From positions 12,772,001-12,836,000 of the forward strand of contig OZ038378.1 of NCBI GenBank assembly GCA_964036045.1: 64,000 nt of DNA, written 5' to 3'. Below are positions 59,578 through 64,000 of the stretch, piece after piece. Both the position numbers and the translations under genes were made by a program. A model generated the notes under the pieces. It was given only the letters and a program-made list of their open reading frames with translations, had not been told where the DNA came from and did no database searches. Each line of letters begins with the position of its first letter. The stretch's first letter is position 1. Source of the DNA: Eutreptiella sp. 'Long Island Sound 2002'. Lineage: Eukaryota; Protista; Euglenida.

Positions 59578-61691
59578 ACAACAAGAAATCCTACCGTGCC
59601 CAAAAGCCTACTTCGGACCCCCCGTAAAGAGGAGGGAGGGGGTCTGGGGGGGGAGGGTGACCCTCCTCCTTGCAGGAAAAAAATCTAAGCATAGGCCTGC
59701 CCTCATGTAGCACCTAAGACCAGCAGCATGTGAAATGCCAAGGGTCGTATTGGGCTTGCCTCCCTTGCCGGACACCTCTGCCATTGCCACAGCCCTTCTG
59801 GGCCCTGCTTGCTCCCTGGCCAAGCCTGTGCTGCCTACGCCCTTACCAGCTTTGCCCTGACCCATTTTCACCCGTGGGCACTGGACAGCCATGCTGTGCT
59901 CGTGTGGCACTGACTGCTGCTGCAGCGGTGGCAGCCACCACTGCCTCTCCACACTCCGCCTGCTCGACTACTGCCCGCATAGGGAAACAGAGGCTGCTCC
60001 AGCGTAGGCACCGGCAACTGAGCATGGGAGAGCGTCCAACATGAATACCCAGTCCGACTTGTTGGCCCTTCTGGTGCACCGCATACGCGAAGGGCCGAGA
60101 CTCAGGGCTAAGGTCTCGGGCGGAGCCTCCAGGTTTTGCCCGCTCCCCACATCTCGCCAACGCCTTGTGCACATGGCACAAAAGACCTTTATTACCCACG
60201 CCTTGCACAGCCATCACCAAAGGCACTGAAAATGATGGCTTCATTAGGTGGTGGTGACTGTGCAAGGCTGGTGACTACGCGCGGCACCGCTGGTCCAAAG
60301 CCATTACAAACTCGTGACGCGTCCTCCAAAATTCAGGGTGTGTCTGGGCACAAATGCAGGCACACATACAGCAGCACAGCATTGCAGAACTCTGGAATCT
60401 GTCAAATTGCGTTGCAGTCTCTCATTTCACTGGTTGATTTGGTGATAGGGCATTACTTCTGCATGGGCTCAGAATGAAACCCAGTGCCCCCGCTTGTAGC
60501 GCATGCGGAACAAGTGCACATGCTCAGCAGCACCTTCTTTGGCTGCAGGTTTGGCAGGTGCCCTGGCGCGCTTGGATGGCAGGCTTCAGGGCAGTTTTGG
60601 GTGCACCACTTCACCACTGCGCTCATATGTGATGTTGAGAAAACTGTCGCCAAGTGGCGAGGGGCCGATGAGGGCATCATTTGCCATGTCCCCAGCGAAC
60701 CACCTGTACTGTAGGGTACCCAAGTGGAAGAAAAGACAGGGACTGCAGGACACACAATGGGAATGGTTCTTCAGCAAAAAGGTACACTTTGCACAACGCC
60801 GCTGCAAACTGCAAACGCAATGGGAACCATCAAATTGACGGTTCCAAAAATAACAGTTTCACCGGGTAGTGGTGACTGCGCAAGGGCAGTGGTTGCAAGG
60901 GGGGGGCGGGGGTAGCACAAGACACATGTAAATCCACGCGTGTGTTTTCGGGGGGGGCATTCAGCCTCAAGTTGGGGTGAGTGGGTCAAGGTCAGGGGCT
61001 TAGAGGGCGGTGCCATTCATCAGCCACTATGAAATCGGCACCAAAGGCAAGCCCACCAGAAAAGGCCGCTGCCAAGCGTCGAAATTGACACCTGGCTCTG
61101 TCACCAAAGCTTCATCTCCGGGTTCCTTCTGCATACTGCGGCCCCACATGGGGGCGAAAGGGGGGGCGGGGGGCGATTGGCGATTGCGAAGCGGGAGGGA
61201 GGAGACCCTGCACAGCCACCAACACCCATGCAAAAACGAAGAGTGGGATTCGGGGGTTCCATGTGTTCTGGCTCTGGAGCCCTCCTTTAGAGTGGCACAA
61301 TCATCGTCAAAACTGCGTTGGTCACAAATTGATCCTGAGCTATGCACAGATGTTGCATTTGCATGTTGACGTGAATGAGGTCAGAGTCAAGGCCACTTCC
61401 CACCCATGGTACAGCCTGTGTGATGACAGGGTACCAAGGGCCTTTCCACTGCTGCGCGGTGACAGGCCAGTCCACTTGGAGATTGTGGCCTTAAGAGGCC
61501 AAGAACAGGCCAATAATGTCGTGAGGCCGGCTGAACGAAGGGACACTGTACACAATCCCTGACACGTACCATTGGCGTGGGACAGATGGCGGTTGATGAG
61601 TACCGCGCAACGGAGCCGGTTTGGCAATCCTTTTGCTTGCCTCCCCTGCAGCACGCTTGCAAGCCGACCTTTTCAGTTTTCCCGCAAAGTT

Positions 61692-61760
61692 TGGTGGGTG
61701 GGATTCGAACCCAGGACTGGATGCCGGGTGTCTGGGGGCATTGACCATTGGGCAACCGGT
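61692..61760 (-). mobile_element. tRNA-derived (SINE-head-like) sequence
   Basis: Minus strand has A-box-like TTGCCCAATGG and B-box GGGTTCGAATCCC. Acceptor and D stems do not pair, so this is not an intact tRNA. Confidence 0.45.
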
Positions 61761-62757
61761 TGTACCAGTTGTACGTTAGGAAATGACTAGTGGGGCTTGG
61801 GGCGGCTCCGACGCAACCTTTCTCAGGACTTTTTCCGTGAGTGGGGCAGGCCGGATTCGAGCCCAAGACGTTCAGCATGGAGTCAGGCCTACCCTTAAGT
61901 GACGGATGATGGCAATCGACTGAAGGTCCTGGGCGCTTGTTCGCCGGTTGGCAATTCATCAACGGCTTGTAGCCCCCAGTTATCGAGCACCAGAGGCCGC
62001 GCAACGACCGCAGAAAACAACTTTTCATGCTGCGGTGGGACTGGTATGCAAAGGGGCCGTAGTGCGGGCACCCCCCCTCCGCTGCCTACCCTTACACCTC
62101 GAGATACTAGTGTTCGCCGAGAGAGGGCTCAACCGTCGGATCTGATGGACTGAATGTCCCCACCATAGACAATTCCCTCCATTACTCCATAGAAGGATTA
62201 CGGTGCAGCACTTTGGTGGTGTGCAATCCTGAGGATGAAGCCGTGGGTGTGAGAAGGGAGGAAGCCAATGGCTGTCCTCCTTCACACCAAAACAAAGCTA
62301 AAGTGTTCAGTGGTCATCGAGCGACATGTTGTGAGAAGCCCTCGCCCTCGCCCAGGAAGGGGGGCTGGAAAAGGTCACACAACCCCCCCACCTCGGTGCA
62401 CCCTCCGTCTCATGCTCCCCGTGGGAGCTATGCAGCATCCCACGGGGACCCCAGGGGAGCCATCATTCATCTTTCGTTCAATTACCCAGAACAACATGTG
62501 TAGCAATGTTCCACCTGCACCCCAGGCCTGGTTTCAGCCATTCAAGCAAAATGCAAACTGCAAAGCGTGCAAGTGCAATGAACGGAAAGTGGTTGGTAAG
62601 GCCCCTGACCTGACCTGAGGCCACCCCTTCTGACGCTATGCTATACATCGAAGCAAGGCACTGGAGCATCTTCTGCAACGTAGAATGATTGTGTACTACA
62701 TGAAGACGCAGGGATTACAAAAGGGGTATCCATTGGGCTATGTGCCTGCAGTCAGTC

Positions 62758-63364
62758 CTAAACACTACACGGTGGGGTATTTGTAAAGGCACCCAAGATG
62801 GCTGTGCTGATCGCTGTGGATGCCAAAGGGCATGATGTGTCCCATCCTGGGTATGCTTGGAAATCACCTCCATATATAGTGAAAAATTCCGTGTCCAGAA
62901 GAAAGGGAACAGTCCATTCCAAGGTGACACGGAGTTCATGTTGTTCACGAGCTGACTTCACGTCGCCAATGGTCAGTGCCGCATGACCACTGTAAGGTGG
63001 TTGACTCCGTATCCTCCTCCATAGGTCCAGTGTCTCCATCGGATGCTGATTCACACGATCGAAGGCCACAGGCCTCGAGAGTCTGTCTGGCTGGCTCCAG
63101 AAGGGGTGGTCTTGGAGAAAATCAAAGGAAGCACCAAAAGCCCGAAGGGTCCTGCATGTGGCACAAACACCACCACGGGCCGTAGTCAATAAGATAATTG
63201 CAGACAGTACTGCGCAACGGGGCGGGGGCCGCCAAATATGCACTGGGGGGGACAGGCATAGTAGTTGTTCGTGCTGAGTGTGAACAAGTGAACCGCCAAT
63301 AGTACGGGTACTGAAACTCCAGGCAAGAAGAGGAGAGACAAAACGGCGAGGAGTTCTGCGGCAC
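62758..63364 (-). mobile_element. Degenerate LINE-like ORF fragments (AP-endonuclease-like)
   Basis: FFTIYGGDFQAYPGW resembles the APE GDFN motif. Frames are broken. Confidence 0.3.
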
Positions 63365-64000
63365 GATGGAAAAAGAGAGCCACGGCTTCTTGCCACGAGG
63401 AGTAAAATGTTGTACTCAGCTTCTGTTCGGTGGGTGAGAATTTGGTGGCCTCTGATCGACCCTGTTTTTGGCGACGACATCACCCTAAATGTTCCCGTAT
63501 CCATGAACATGCGAAGCAACTGCAAGCCAGCGGACTGTCCGTCGCGGCTTGCCCAGCTCCGCCAAGAGTTTTCCCCAGAGGGGGATAGTCGCGACAGGTC
63601 CGTTGCAGCTGACCCAGCCTCTAATCTTCCAGCGCCGGGCAGCTCCTATGGCCCCCGGATGGACAAACTGCGAATCGGTACACAAGATAATTCGACCGCA
63701 CCCGAACCTTGCCAGTGCCCATATCGCCTTTTACTGCAACTCCGGATCCAGCAGTGGCGCCAACCCGGAATACAGACCACTTTCCGAAACCTGCGACCAC
63801 AACGTTGGTCCATTCGGACAGCTCAGATGAGATGAGCCGCCGCGCCAGTCCAGACAGTCCAGACTCGAATCCCTCTTTCATTGCCGCTATCACTCCTCTC
63901 GGCCAGTGTATGCCTGGGTAGTACATGCGCTTCCACACTGGAGCGGTGAGCTGCAATACTGCCCGACCACCTTTTGGTGTAAGGGAGAGAGGGGGATCAA

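Noticed and set aside
61692-61760. Functional tRNA gene
   Set aside because: The acceptor and D stems do not base-pair; only the promoter boxes are retained.
1-64000. Fanzor/TnpB, intact reverse transcriptase, rRNA, SL RNA or telomeric repeats
   Set aside because: No RuvC/zinc-finger TnpB motifs, YxDD RT core, rRNA-like or SL-like sequence, or TTAGGG arrays were recognised by eye. A profile search would be needed to exclude weak relics.

Overview
Repeat-rich eukaryotic genomic DNA with GT-AG introns, many poly-G/poly-C tracts and one 200-N scaffold gap (22685-22884). The repeat content and a possible trans-splice acceptor suggest a euglenid-like protist; this is inference from remembered repeat families, not a database result. 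Three host genes are supported, all on the minus strand. (1) A five-exon gene (55850->48875, about 613 aa) predicted to fuse a dynamin-like GTPase, a Gly/Ala-rich hydrophobic membrane region, two MORN-like repeats and a C-terminal IAP/MUL1-type RING finger. All four introns are phase 0 and the exons roughly follow domain boundaries. This is the strongest candidate for an undescribed system. (2) A GT8-like glycosyltransferase (two clear exons, 5' end unresolved). (3) A multi-exon polyproline gene, formin FH1/WASP-like. The rest is mostly transposon-derived: a 5'-deleted hAT element, a second hAT remnant, a PIF/Harbinger-type transposase remnant, several MITEs, SINE-like and LINE-like fragments, minisatellites and a cluster of REP-like TTTTACGGC hairpins. 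There is also a possible SF1-helicase pseudogene just downstream of the RING gene. Exon models were built by hand and need RNA-seq confirmation.
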